DNA of 64,000 nt from an uncultured bacterium (GCA_963749495.1 CAVVMW010000015.1:128001-192000); one strand, 5' to 3'. Positions 17,301 through 31,407 are shown, numbered from the stretch's first letter. Program-made: numbers and translations. The notes: generated by a model not told the origin, from the sequence alone.

Positions 17301-19800
17301 ATGAGCCGGCAGAGGGAGGCGGGAGCGGGGGACGCTGCGGAACGGGGCGGACTGGCGGCATTGGTGGTGTTGTTCTTCGGGAGCGGTTGCGCAGCGCTCA
17401 TTTACGAGGTCGTCTGGTTCCAGTTGCTGCAACTGGTCATCGGCTCCTCGGCGGTGTCGCTGGGGGTATTGTTGGGAGTATTCATGGGGGGCATGTGCCT
17501 GGGGAGCCTGGCCCTGCCGCGATGGATTTCGCCGGAAAGACACCCGTTGCGGGTTTATGCCCTGCTGGAGGCGGGACTGGGGATTTGCGGCCTGGCCGCC
17601 CTGGTCGTGGTGCCGCTGGTGGGATGGCTTTACTCGAGCCTGGCGGGTCCGGGTTTGGCGGGCCTGGCGCTGAGGGGAGCGGTGTGCGGGGCGTGCCTGC
17701 TGGCGCCCACGATGATGATGGGCGCCACGCTGCCGGCGATTGCGCGCAGCGTGCCGACCACGCCTGCGGGGGTGTCGTGGCTGGGCTTCTTTTATGGCGG
17801 CAACATTGCCGGGGCCGTTTTCGGGTGCTTGCTGGCCGGCTTCAGCCTGCTGCGGACCCACGACATGCACACCGCCACGTACGTGGCGGCTGCTATCAAC
17901 GGAACCGTGGCGGCGCTCGGTTTCATCCTGGCAATGGCCACGCCGCACCGGGCCGCCGGAACAGAACCGGACCCGGAAGGGCCAGGCTCAGATTCGCGCC
18001 AGCCAGTGGGCCGGGCAGAGCGGCTCGGGCCTGGTGAGCCTCACGATCGCGTTGTCGGGCCTCTGCGCGCTCGGGGCGGAGGTGGTGTGGACACGGCTGT
18101 TATCGCTGATGCTCGGGCCGACGGTCTATACGTTTTGCATCATCCTGGCGGTATTTCTTGTGGGTTTGGGCATAGGGAGCAGCATCGGGGCGCTGCTGGC
18201 GCGGGGCGCGGCCAATGCCCGCGTGGCGCTGGGCGGGTGTCAACTGCTGCTGACCGCCGCGATCGGGTGGGCGGCATTCATGCTGGGGCGCTCGCTGCCG
18301 TATTGGCCGATCAACCCGTCGCTGGCCTCAAGCATCTGGTTCAATTTTCAACTGGACCTGGCCCGTTGCGCGTGGGTCATGCTGCCGGCGGCCTGCCTTT
18401 GGGGCGCCAGCTTTCCGCTCGCCCTGGCGGCGGCGGCCCCCGGCCGCAGCGATGCGGGGCGCCTGGTGGGCCGGATCTATGCTGCAAACACAGTCGGGGC
18501 GATCGTCGGCGCGCTGGCCTGCAGCCTGTTCCTGATCGGCAGCATCGGCACCCAGCAAATCCAGCGGCTGTTGATCGGCTTGTCGGGGCTGGGCGGGATT
18601 TTGATGCTCTGGCCGTGGACGTGGAGAGCGGGCCCGCAGAACGGCCAGGGCACCCGGCCGGCCCAGGCCAAGGTGTGGCGGCTTCTGTTTCTGTCGGGCG
18701 CGGCGGGAGCGGCCGCGCTTCTGGCCTGGAGCGTGCCGGGAGTGCCGTGGGACCTGGTGGCTTATGGGCGTTACCTGCCGACCAAGAGCGAGGTGGGCAG
18801 GCGCCTTTACATGGGCGAGGGCCTCAATGCGTCGGTGGCGGTTTCGGAGTTGGGCAACGGGGTGCGCAATTTCCATATCAGCGGCAAGATCGAGGCCTCG
18901 ACCGACCCGCGCGACATGCGCCTCCAACGGATGCTGGGCCATATCCCGGCGCTGGTGCATGAGCGTCCCCGCTCGGTCCTGGTCGTCGGCTGCGGGGCCG
19001 GGGTCACGGCCGGCTCGTTTGTGGTCCATCCGGAGGTGAAACGGATCGTCATCTGCGAACTGGAGCCGTTGATCCCCAGGGCCGTGGCCCATTACTTCGG
19101 CACGGAAAACGAGGACGTGCTCCAGGACCCGCGCACAGAGGTCGTCTTCGATGACGCCCGGCATTACATCCTCACCACCCGCGAGAAGTTTGACATCATC
19201 ACGTCGGACCCGATCCATCCGTGGGTCAAAGGCGCGGCGACGTTGTACACGCGGGAGTACTTCGAACTGTGCCGGCAGCATTTGAACCCGGGCGGCCTGG
19301 TCACGCAGTGGGTGCCTCTCTACGAGAGCAGCCTGGCGGCAGTCAAGAGCGAGATAGCGACCTTCTTCTCCGTCTTCCCCGATGGCACGATCTGGGGCAA
19401 CGACGACGACGGGGAAGGATACGACCTGGTGCTGCTGGGGCAGGCAGGCCCGGCGAAAATCAACCTGGACCGCGTGCAGGAGCGCCTGGGCCGGGAGGAA
19501 TACTCGGCAGTGAGAGAATCGCTGCGGGCTGTGGGTTACCGCTCCGGGTTTGCCCTGCTGGCGACTTACGCCGGCCGCGCCAGGGACTTGGCGCCCTGGC
19601 TGCGAAAGGCCCAAATCAACCTGGATCGGAACCTGCGCCTCCAATACCTGGCCGGCCTGAGCCTCAATCACGCCCAGCAGAGTTTCATCTATGAAGACCT
19701 CGAGGTCTATCGCGCGTTTCCGGACGAATTATTTACCGGGGGTGAAGACCAGAAGCAGGCCCTGCGCCACATGATCGAGCGCACCCATCAGCACCCATAA
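17301..19800 (+). CDS. Fused MFS-like membrane / spermidine synthase-like SAM-dependent protein, frameshift near 17950-18030
   Basis: SGCAALIYEVVW, MGATLP, YAANTVGA, VLVVGCGAGVT, DDARHY, FDIITSDPIHPW. Confidence 0.9.
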
Positions 19801-19825
19801 CGCCGCAGAGGGGAAGACTTCGTGG

Positions 19826-20018
19826 GGGCCTTTGTCGCGGCCTTTGTCGCAGCCTTTGTCGTGGCCTTGGTCTAATCTGCGACAACTCGACAAAGGTTGC
19901 GACAAAGGTTGCGACAAAGGTCCGAAAGGGACAAAAGCGACAAAAGGGACGAAAGGGACGCCTGCTCGGGTGTGGGGATGGGTTATTGATAGCCGATAGC
20001 CGATAGCCGATAGCCGAC
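19826..20018. repeat. Cluster of short tandem/inverted repeats between convergent genes
   Basis: (GCCTTTGTCGCN)3 vs (CGACAAAGGTTG)3, GGGACAAAA-type 9-mers, (GATAGCC)4. Confidence 0.8.
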
Positions 20019-20020
20019 CG

Positions 20021-21091
20021 CTACGGCATGTGGCTCGGGCTGGCCGGGTCCACGGTCCGGACCAAGCGGCGGGCGTGGCGGACGACGTAGCCCCAATCGA
20101 AGGCGGGGCCGGGGTCGACCTTGTCGGTCTGGATATGGAAGTGGCCGAGGATGCCCTGGTAGCGCCTAAGCGCCTCATCAGGCAGCTTTTGCCGAATGAG
20201 CTTTCCCGCGGCGTCCTTGGGATAATCACACTTGATCTTCGGCAGCACGGTGCAGAGCGTGGCGGTCAGCTTGACCAGCGAGTGGTATTGCTCTGGCGTG
20301 AAGTCGTATTGGACCAGGTCTTTGCCTTGGATCGTGCCGCGGACCGGCTGGGGCCGGGCGGGACGGCCGACAAATCCCTTGGTCCGGATCCCGCCGTCGC
20401 CGTAGTCCTCCGGCATGGTAATCCGCGTCCGGCCGTTGGACTCCCGGGCGTACCAGGCGCCCAAAGGGTTTCTTTCGGAGGGGGCGTAAGCGCCCACGTT
20501 GGCGATCTCGACGCCAACCGAGCGGCTGTTCGAGGAGGTGGCATGCCAAGCCCGCTCCTTGAGATCCAGGGTCTGGTAAATCGTGCCGTCCAAGTCGAGC
20601 AGGAAATGAACGCTCAGGTCCCGGTAATCCTGCAGGACCTTGAAACACTGCCGGCTGGTGCCGCAGGCGTCGAAGTGGATGACGAACTGATCCACGACCC
20701 GTTGGAGGGTCGGCAGGTCCCAGCCGCCGCCGCGCACGCGCTCGATTTGCTCGGCGCTCAGGCCACCCCCGCGCAGGTTGTAGCGGTTGGGCGACTTCAA
20801 GGCCGGGACCTCCTCCTGCGAGGTCTGCCAGCTCGATTGTCCGATCGGGCTGAACCGGCGCTCGACCCGGTAGGCATCGTAGCCGCCAGGGTCCATCCAC
20901 AGCACCACGCGCGTGCCCGTGTGTACGAACCGCCCGGCCACCACGATTTCATCGCCCTTGCGCGGGGCCAGCGCGCCTGGTCTATAAGTGCTGCAACCGG
21001 CCAAGCCGGCGATGGCCGCCGCCAGGCCAACCGCCGGCAAAATCGGTCGCGATCTTCTTCTCAGCGTCACGAGCAATCCCGCGGCATTCAC
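20021..21091 (-). CDS. N-acetylmuramoyl-L-alanine amidase (Amidase_2), probable lipoprotein; start uncertain
   Basis: LAGC, FVIHFD, SVHFLLDLDGTIYQ, RAWHA, SVGVEIAN, ILGHFHIQTDKVDPGPAFDW. Confidence 0.9.
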   Translation of the reverse strand: MNAAGLLVTLRRRSRPILPAVGLAAAIAGLAGCSTYRPGALAPRKGDEIVVAGRFVHTGTRVVLWMDPGGYDAYRVERRFSPIGQSSWQTSQEEVPALKSPNRYNLRGGGLSAEQIERVRGGGWDLPTLQRVVDQFVIHFDACGTSRQCFKVLQDYRDLSVHFLLDLDGTIYQTLDLKERAWHATSSNSRSVGVEIANVGAYAPSERNPLGAWYARESNGRTRITMPEDYGDGGIRTKGFVGRPARPQPVRGTIQGKDLVQYDFTPEQYHSLVKLTATLCTVLPKIKCDYPKDAAGKLIRQKLPDEALRRYQGILGHFHIQTDKVDPGPAFDWGYVVRHARRLVRTVDPASPSHMP

Positions 21092-21156
21092 AAGACCATT
21101 TGGGCTGCGCCGACAGACCGCGTCAAGCCGCAAGTTCAGGCAGAACCAGGAAACTG

Positions 21157-21300
21157 GGAGAGGCAAAATCATTATTGGCAGAATCATCAGGAGGAGATGC
21201 GGAATGACGAATGACGAATGACGAATGACGAAGTGGCACTACCGCGATTGGGTCATTCGTCATTTGTCATTCGTCATTCGTCATTTGTCATTCGTCATTG
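21157..21300. repeat. Heptamer (ATGACGA)n inverted-arm element, copy 2
   Basis: Same left flank and arms as 17075; central spacer inverted. Confidence 0.85.
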
Positions 21301-21355
21301 TTAGACCATCCCACTTTTTCCTTGCGCTGCGCGCGATCTTTTGCGGCAATCCAGT

Positions 21356-22279
21356 ATGCCGAAACAGTCCTGGATTATTGCCGGCGCGCTGACTGCGATG
21401 CTGTTGGTTGCCGCGGTCGGCTATTTGTTCTATTCCAAACAGCAGCAAATCGCCCAGGCGAGCGTCGAATTGGCGAGCGCCCGGACCGGGTTGGCCAAGA
21501 GCCAGTTGGAATCGGAGGGCCTGCGCCATCAGGTCAGCGACCACCAGGCGCGCCTGGCGGAGTTGGAGAAGGAGAAGGATTCCGCCCTGCAGAGCCGCCA
21601 GAGCCTGGAAGGCGAGATGCGCGCCGCGCTCGAGTCCAAGGACGTGACGATCTCGCAACTGCAAGGCAAGCTGACAGTCAGCATCCTGGACCGCATCCTC
21701 TTCGACTCCGGCGAGGCGGACCTCAAGCCGGACGGCGCCGAGGTGCTGCGCAAGGTGGCCGCCATCCTGGCGCAGCATCCCACTCTCAAGGTCCACGTGG
21801 TGGGCCACACTGATGACGTGCCGATCCGGCCGGCCGCGCGCAAGCGTTTTCCCAGCAACTGGGAGCTCTCGACCGCCCGCGCCACGGCGGCGGTGCGGTT
21901 CCTGACCGAACAGGCCGGCGTGGATCCCCGCCGCCTCGGGGCGGTCGGCTACGGCGAATTCAGACCCGTCGCCGAAAACACAACGCCCGAGGGCCGCGCC
22001 CGCAACCGCCGCATCGCCATCACGATCCTCTCCGAAGAAATGGCCGGCGCGGACACGGTCGCCTCCGCGGTGGCTGCTCCCCAAGCTCCGCCCCCGGCCC
22101 AGACCCCGCCCGCTATCCCGGCCACGTTTGTCATCCCCACCACCAATGGCACCAGCGCAGCCACCAACGCCGCAGCCACTATCACCAACTATCCTGCTGC
22201 AGCCCCCGCCACAACTGCCCCGCCCGAGACCCCGCTCCCGCCTCCCCTGACCCAGACCAACCAGCCGGAGGCCAAGTAA
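21356..22279 (+). CDS. OmpA/MotB family peptidoglycan-binding protein with coiled coil
   Basis: ILFDSGEADL, VVGHTDDVPI, NWELSTARA, GYGEFRP, RARNRRI. Confidence 0.92.
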   Translation: MPKQSWIIAGALTAMLLVAAVGYLFYSKQQQIAQASVELASARTGLAKSQLESEGLRHQVSDHQARLAELEKEKDSALQSRQSLEGEMRAALESKDVTISQLQGKLTVSILDRILFDSGEADLKPDGAEVLRKVAAILAQHPTLKVHVVGHTDDVPIRPAARKRFPSNWELSTARATAAVRFLTEQAGVDPRRLGAVGYGEFRPVAENTTPEGRARNRRIAITILSEEMAGADTVASAVAAPQAPPPAQTPPAIPATFVIPTTNGTSAATNAAATITNYPAAAPATTAPPETPLPPPLTQTNQPEAK

Positions 22280-22285
22280 GCCCGC

Positions 22286-23095
22286 ATGAGCGATGCCTAT
22301 CAGGTAGTCGTGTGCGGGAGCGTCGTGCCGGACCCGCTCCAGACGCTCGAGCCCACGGCGGGCTCGGGCGGTCCGGCACTGAAGAACGAGATGATGCTGC
22401 CGGCTGTGCTGGACCCGTGGGCGGCCCACGCGCTGTATGAGGGGGCGCACCTGGTCCGGACGGCGCCCGGCAGCAAGCTCTGGCTGGTGAGCCTGGGGCC
22501 CAAGGCCAAGCTCCAGCATGTGCTGATGACCGTTGCGCAGAAAGTGCCGTTCGAGTTCGTCGCCCTGGACGGTTCGGCCAGCGGGTTTACCGACGCTGCG
22601 GAGACCGCGGCGGCGCTGGCCCAGGCCATCGAGGGGATTCCCGGACTGGACCGCTCCAGGCTGCTGCTGTTCGGCGGTTGGGAATCCGCCTCGCGCGGCG
22701 CGGGCGCCACGCTGCAGATGGTGGGCGAACGGCTCGGGATCGTGGATCAGTTCCAGGGCGTGGACCAGCTCCAGTTAAACCCGGACGGCAGTTTCGAGGT
22801 GCTCGAGCGCATCGAGGGGGGGCGGCACCAGGTCTCGCGTTGCGCCGGACCCCCGGCCCTGCTCGGCTGGGCCACCGGCCATCTGCCGGAGCCCCGGAAC
22901 AACCCCCAGGTGGGCATGCTCAACATGCGCGCCGTCATGCCCAGCCTCCAAAAGGCAAAACCGGTCACACTCTCCGGCCATGGCCTGACCTTCGACTCCG
23001 TCTCTCTGCCCAAACAGTTGCGCGAAACTAAAATCGTAAAGGACAAATCACCCGCCGACATCGCGCGCGAGATCGTGGATTGGATACGCGGATAA
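22286..23095 (+). CDS. Electron transfer flavoprotein beta subunit (divergent)
   Basis: VVVCGSVVPDP, LDPWAAHAL, LVSLGP, GGWESASRGAG; coupled to next gene by TAATG overlap. Confidence 0.8.
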   Translation: MSDAYQVVVCGSVVPDPLQTLEPTAGSGGPALKNEMMLPAVLDPWAAHALYEGAHLVRTAPGSKLWLVSLGPKAKLQHVLMTVAQKVPFEFVALDGSASGFTDAAETAAALAQAIEGIPGLDRSRLLLFGGWESASRGAGATLQMVGERLGIVDQFQGVDQLQLNPDGSFEVLERIEGGRHQVSRCAGPPALLGWATGHLPEPRNNPQVGMLNMRAVMPSLQKAKPVTLSGHGLTFDSVSLPKQLRETKIVKDKSPADIAREIVDWIRG

Positions 23096-24141
23096 TGAAT
23101 ATGGAGTCGATCCTGTTTCTCGCGCACACCGAAGCGGACGGGTCGCTGGGCACGCCGGCGCTGGAGGCGCTGGCTTCAGCAAGGACCCTCGCCCTGAATC
23201 TGGGCGGCGCAACGCTCATCGCCGGGCTGGTCGGCCAGAAGGTCCAACCCGCGGCGGATAGCATCGCCGACGGCGCCATCACCCGGTTCCTGTCCGTGAC
23301 CGGGCCTGAATTTGCCCAAGCCCGTTACGGGAGTGACGCCGCGGCCATCGAGGCGCTGGGCAAGGCGGCGCAGGCCACGCTGGTGATCGGGCCGGCCACC
23401 TCGCGCTGGAACCGCGTGATGGCAGGGGCGGCGTGGCGTTTGGGGGGCCAGGTGGACACGCATGTGACGGGGATCACGGCGGCCGGCAGCGGTGTGCGCC
23501 TCAATCGCTGGTATTACCGGCAGCGCCTGGAGGCGGTGTTGCAACGCTCAGAGCGTCCCTGGTTCATTGTAGTGGACCCCGGCAGCCACGCCGCATGGAG
23601 CGGCCAGGGCGGCGCGGCGCATGTCCAGAGCATCGCGGCGGACCTGCCCCAGAACTGCACACGCACGAGCGTGCTCGGCGTGCGCGAACCGGCGGGCAAC
23701 GCCCAGACCATCCGGCCCGAGGCGGACCTGCTCCTGGTCGCCAGCGCCGGCTGGACCAAGAAGCAAGCCGACGGCCAGGCCCACGTGGCGGAGGCCGAAA
23801 GGCTCATCCACGACTGCCTCAAGCTCACGCGCGCCTCGCTCGGCAGCAGCAAGTCCCTGGTGGACCTCGGCACCGAGGGCCAGGCCGTGCTCTCTTTCCT
23901 CACGCACCTGAACCAGGTCGGCCAGACCGGCTCGACCCCCAGGCACCCCAAGGGCCTGGCCACCTGTTGCCATGGCGAGGAACCCCACACCGTCGGCTGG
24001 CGCTTCGTCAACGAGCGCCGCGCCATCAACCTCGACCCCAACTGCGGCTGGGCCCGCGGCAAGGCCAACGTCCTCTACGTGGCCGATGCCTTCGCGGTGA
24101 TAGCAAAGCTGAACGAGTTGCTGGCGCAGAGTCAGGATTGA
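23095..24141 (+). CDS. Electron transfer flavoprotein alpha subunit (divergent)
   Basis: EADLLLVASAG, LGSSKSLVD, NQVGQTG, AINLDP, LYVADAF. Confidence 0.82.
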   Translation: MNMESILFLAHTEADGSLGTPALEALASARTLALNLGGATLIAGLVGQKVQPAADSIADGAITRFLSVTGPEFAQARYGSDAAAIEALGKAAQATLVIGPATSRWNRVMAGAAWRLGGQVDTHVTGITAAGSGVRLNRWYYRQRLEAVLQRSERPWFIVVDPGSHAAWSGQGGAAHVQSIAADLPQNCTRTSVLGVREPAGNAQTIRPEADLLLVASAGWTKKQADGQAHVAEAERLIHDCLKLTRASLGSSKSLVDLGTEGQAVLSFLTHLNQVGQTGSTPRHPKGLATCCHGEEPHTVGWRFVNERRAINLDPNCGWARGKANVLYVADAFAVIAKLNELLAQSQD

Positions 24142-24227
24142 ACGGGAGATACCAGCGGGAACGGAAGCATGGAAACGGGTTCTCCGTTTCCTCCGTTTCC
24201 TTCTGTTCCTTGCCGGATCAATGCGGC

Positions 24228-25139
24228 CTAAACCCGGGCGACGGGCACTTTGCGCACGCGGACCGCGAAATCATCAATCTCCTCGACCTTCTCGAAACCG
24301 ACGTTGAGCACGTCCACACAGCCCAGGCCCAGGACGAACCGGGCGGAGGCGTCGCGCTTTTCCGGGTCGTTGCGGAGGCGGCCTTCGCCGATGATTTTCA
24401 TGCCCACGACGGCCTTGCCTGCCGCATGGAGTTTCTTGAGGACCGGCACGACCTTGTCCGGTTCGTCGTCCATGCTCATCCGGTAAGGATTGATGCGGGC
24501 GTGGACCGAGTCCACCCAGGGCTCGGCGGCGGCAGCTTCGAGGGCGGCAACCGAGTGGCAGGAGACGCCGAGCGCGCGGACGCGGCCCTGTTGCTTGAGG
24601 CGGGCCAGGATGTCCATCTGCGGGCGCATCTCATCAGGCCAATTCAACAAGGTCATACAGTGGAGCAGGACCAGATCCAGGTAATCGGTCCCGATCTCCT
24701 TCAGGAACCGGGCCACCACGACATCGGCATCGGGGCGTTCCGGCTCCGGGATGCCGCCGCGATGGAGCCAGATCTTGCTCACGATGGTCAACTCGGCCCG
24801 CGGCACGCCTTTGAGGGCCGGGATCAGGAACGGATGCGTGCCGTAGAGGTCGGCCAAATCGAACATGCGCACCCCGCGCTCGTAAGCGCCTTTGAAGAGG
24901 GCCTCCAGCTTTTCCTTGCCCATGCGGGAGTGGTTCGACGAGCGGTTGCCCCCGCGCATGCCGGTCCCCATGCAGAAGCGGGTGACCTTGAGGCCGGTCT
25001 TGCCGAGCGGAACGCGCTCGTAAGGGTCGCAGAAGGCGCCGGAGTTGTCCGCGGCCGGCGCCAACCCGCTCCCGGCCAGCAACCCGGTGACGCCCAAGGC
25101 CGACTGTTTGATAAATTCACGCCGTTTGAGTCTCATCAT
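24228..25139 (-). CDS. Aldo/keto reductase with Tat signal
   Basis: KRREFIK, LGKTGLKVT, FDLADLYG, TDYLDLVLLHC, GVSCH, VGMK. Confidence 0.92.
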   Translation of the reverse strand: MMRLKRREFIKQSALGVTGLLAGSGLAPAADNSGAFCDPYERVPLGKTGLKVTRFCMGTGMRGGNRSSNHSRMGKEKLEALFKGAYERGVRMFDLADLYGTHPFLIPALKGVPRAELTIVSKIWLHRGGIPEPERPDADVVVARFLKEIGTDYLDLVLLHCMTLLNWPDEMRPQMDILARLKQQGRVRALGVSCHSVAALEAAAAEPWVDSVHARINPYRMSMDDEPDKVVPVLKKLHAAGKAVVGMKIIGEGRLRNDPEKRDASARFVLGLGCVDVLNVGFEKVEEIDDFAVRVRKVPVARV

Positions 25140-25225
25140 AACTGCTCACAGTTGCTTGCTTGCTTCGCCTTGTATATCCGCCAGGCCGAGGGGAGGAGCA
25201 AGATTTTTCGTAAGGGGATGCGAGC

Positions 25226-27902
25226 CTACGCGGGCGGCGTCTCCTCGGCGGCGGCGTCTTGCTGCTGCTCGCTGATAACCGGAGCGATGGCCTGGAGTTT
25301 GTCGTCTCCCTCGAGGTTCATCAGCTTGACGCCCTGGGCGTTGCGCCCGGTCTCACGGATGTCTTTGACGGGGATGCGCACCATCTGCCCGCCGGTGGTG
25401 ATGAGCATCACCTCGTCGGTGTCTCGGACGGTCAAGGCGCCGACGACGGCGCCGGTCCTCTCGTTGGCGTTCATGGTGATAATGCCCTTGCCGGCGCGAG
25501 ACTGGAGGCGATAGACCTGTTCCTGCGTCCCATCCTCGTTGGTCATGTCGAAGGGGGTGCGCTTGCCGATGCCATTCTCGCCGGCCACCAGTAACATAGC
25601 GTCGGCCACGACCACGGCCAGGGCGACGACGGCGTCACTCGGCTCGAGGCGAATGCCGCGCACGCCGGCCGCCTGGCGGCCCACGGACAGGACTTCCCCT
25701 TCGGAGAAGCGGATGCTCATGCCCTCGCGGGTGATGAGAACGACCTGGTCGTTGCCGGAGGTGAGCTTCACGGCGATGAGGGTGTCGCCCGGCTCGATGC
25801 CGATGGCGATGATGCCGGCTTTGTGGACGTTGGCGAACTTTTCGAGGGCAGTCTTTTTAACGGTGCCGCGCTGCGTGGCGAAGAAGAGGAAGCCCGGCTG
25901 CTGCCAAGTGAGGTCTTGTTTGTCGGGCCCGCTCCGGGCAACAATGCGGATCAGGGCGGCGATGGTTTCGCCCGGCTTGAGTTCGAGCAGGTTGGCAATG
26001 CTGCGTCCTTTGGCGGCGCGGCCCATGTCCGGAACCTCGTGGACGCGCTCGGCGTAAGCGCGGCCGGTGTTGGTGAAGAACATGAGGTAGTCGTGGGTGC
26101 CGGCGCTGAAGAGGTGCTCGATGAAGTCCTTGTCGTCCTCGGTGGCGCCTTCGCTGGTGGCCATGCCGATGACGCCCTTGCCGCCGCGGCGCTGGGCGCG
26201 GTAGGAGCTGGCGTTGGTGCGCTTGATGAGCCCGTTGTGGCTCAGGGTGATGATGACCGGTTCGTTGGCGATGAGGTCTTCGACGGCCATCTCGCCTTCA
26301 TCGGGCGCGAGCTGGGTCAGGCGCGGCGTGGCATATTTCTGCTTAATCGCCTGGAGCTCGGCCTTGATGATGGCCAGGACGCGGGCCTCCTTGGCCAGGA
26401 TGTCCAAGAGGTCCTCGATGCGGGAGAGCAGGTCGCGGTATTCGGCCTTGACCTTATCGATTTCCAGGCCGGTCAACTGGTAGAGGCGCAGGTCGAGGAT
26501 GGCATTGACCTGGTCTTCGCTGAGCGAGTAGCGCCCGCTGGTGAGGCGGGCTTCGGCGCGGATGCGCACGCCGTATTGCTCGACCTGGGCGCGGGTGAAG
26601 TCGAAGGCCAGCAGCTTGACCTTGGCCTCGTCGCGGGTGGCCGAAGTGCGGATGATGCGGATGAACTCGTCCAGGTTGGCCAGGGCCACCAGGCCGGCCT
26701 TCGAGGGTCTCGGCGCGCTCCTCGGCCTTGCGGAGTTGGAATTTCGTCCGGCGGATGACCACCTCGCGGCGGTGCTCGATGTAGCAGGCGATCAGCGGCT
26801 TGAGGCCCAGGGTCTTGGGCCGGCCGTGATCGATGGCCAGGGCGTTGACGGCAAAGCCGCTCTCCAGGGTCGTGTGCCGGTAGAGGTTGTTGACGACGAC
26901 TTTGGGGATGGCATCGCGCTTGATCTCGACGACCACGCGGGTGTTCTCGTCCGATTCGTCCCGCACGGCGGTGATGTCGGTGAGGACCTTCTCGTTGACC
27001 AACTCGGCAATCCGCTCGACGAGCAGGGCGCGGTTGACGTTGTAAGGGATTTCCGTGATAATAATTTGCTCGCGCCCGCTTTTGACTTCCTCGAGCAGCA
27101 CTTTGCCCCGGACCTTAAGGCTGCCGCGGCCCTCCCGGAAGTAGTCGTGGATGCCCTCCAGGCCGCACACCGTGCAGCCGGTGGGGAAATCCGGGCCCTT
27201 GACGTGCTTCATCAACTCGCTCAGCGAGATGTCCGGGTTATCCACCTGGGCGCAGATGCCATCGACGATCTCGCCCAGGTTGTGCGGCGGCATGTTGGTG
27301 GCCATGCCGACGGCGATGCCGGTGCCGCCGTTGACCAGCAGGTTGGGGAAGGCGGCGGGGAAGACCACGGGCTCGGTCAGGCGCTCGTCGTAATTGGGGA
27401 CGAAATCGACCGTGTCCTTGTCCATGTCCTCCATGAGGGCGCCGCCCAGGGGGGTGAGGCGCGCCTCGGTATAGCGCATGGCGGCGGGCGGGTCGCCTTC
27501 GACCGAGCCGAAGTTGCCCTGCGGGTCCACCAAACGCTCGCGCATCGCCCAGGGCTGGGCCATGTGTACCAGGGTCGGATAAATGACCGCCTCGCCGTGG
27601 GGATGGTAATTGCCCGAGGTGTCGCCGCAGATCTTGGCGCACTTCATGTGCTTGCGGGGCGGATACAGCCCCAGCTCGTGCATCGCGTAAAGGATGCGGC
27701 GCTGCGAGGGCTTCAGGCCGTCCCGCACGTCGGGCAACGCCCTCGAGATAATCACGGACATCGAGTAATCCAGAAACGAGTTCTTGATCTCGTCGGCGAC
27801 GTTGATCCTGGCGATCTTCTCGTTGGCGCCAAATGGCGGCGGCGTGCCGCCGGGGGGCGTCTCGCCGGGGGGCGTCTGGTTTGTCGAGTCAAGCTCGGGC
27901 AT
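25226..27902 (-). CDS. gyrA: DNA gyrase subunit A (frameshift near 26695)
   Basis: [34 protein letters not shown], GyrA-box QRRGGKG, C-terminal pinwheel repeats. Confidence 0.97.
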
Positions 27903-27909
27903 AGGGGGG

Positions 27910-30438
<2,529 letters not shown>

Positions 30439-30832
30439 TCACCAGGGACACTTCGGCTGGTTCCGGTTTCGGTCGGAAAAGTCTATGAAAATCAAGCGTC
30501 AGACACAATCTTTTTTTGCGGTCTTTCCACAAGGGAAAATACCATTAGTTGTGGGCGGTTTCCGGGGCCAAACCCTATATATTGCGCTTTCCCGGGATCT
30601 CTATCCAGCTCACCACAATACCCTTCTTCGCCCCAAAATGCAACCTGCCTGACGGCCAGATCAGGCAGAAAAATGGGGGCAGAAAGATGAAGAAAACTCA
30701 TCTTAGCTCTGGCACAGGCTGAGGGCGGAGGATGAAACTCGCCCACAGATTGGCCCTGCCCGGCAAGCTTGCAAGCTTGCTTGGAGGAACAAACATGCTT
30801 GACAGTCCACCCCGTTGGCCTACGGTTGAGCG

Positions 30833-31093
30833 GTGCCTGAGATTGCGCGGTTTCTTGGGATAAAAATTATCATGTGGTTCAACGACCACGGCGAGCCGCA
30901 CTTTCACGCGCGCTATGGCCGGTGCGCCGCCAGGTTCCGCATTCGGGACGCGGCGCTGTTGGATGGCAACTTGCCCCCCCGGGTAGCGGCCCACGCGGTA
31001 CAGTGGACGTTGTTGAATCAAGCGGCGCTGTTCGAGGCCTGGGACCGGATTCGCCGAGGTGAAATGCCGGAAAAGATTAGAGGATTGGATTGA
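30833..31093 (+). CDS. DUF4160 domain protein (putative TA component)
   Basis: MPEIARFLGIKIIMWFNDHGEPHFHARYG. Confidence 0.88.
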   Translation: MPEIARFLGIKIIMWFNDHGEPHFHARYGRCAARFRIRDAALLDGNLPPRVAAHAVQWTLLNQAALFEAWDRIRRGEMPEKIRGLD

Positions 31094-31407
31094 TGCAGAC
31101 GGTAGTCAAAGTCAAAGTGATGCCGAGATTTCGGCTGAAGGTCACGTTCGATGACGGGTTCACAGGCCAGGTGGACTTAAAGGATCATCTGCGCCAATCT
31201 GATTGGCCCATTGCCCAACCGCTCAAGCAGCGGGACTTCTTCTGCCGCGCCCATGTCCAGGACGGCTCCATTGTATGGCCCAACGGATACGACATCTGTC
31301 CCGATGTGCTGCGGTTCTGGTGCGAGGTGGGACACGCCACGGGCCAGGCCGAAACGGATGCTCACTTCGCCACGGCGACACGAGCAGCAGCAGGGCCAGC
31401 CGCCTAA
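31093..31407 (+). CDS. DUF2442 domain protein (putative TA component)
   Basis: LKVTFDDGFTGQVDL...IVWPNGYDICPD; TGATG overlap with DUF4160. Confidence 0.88.
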   Translation: MQTVVKVKVMPRFRLKVTFDDGFTGQVDLKDHLRQSDWPIAQPLKQRDFFCRAHVQDGSIVWPNGYDICPDVLRFWCEVGHATGQAETDAHFATATRAAAGPAA

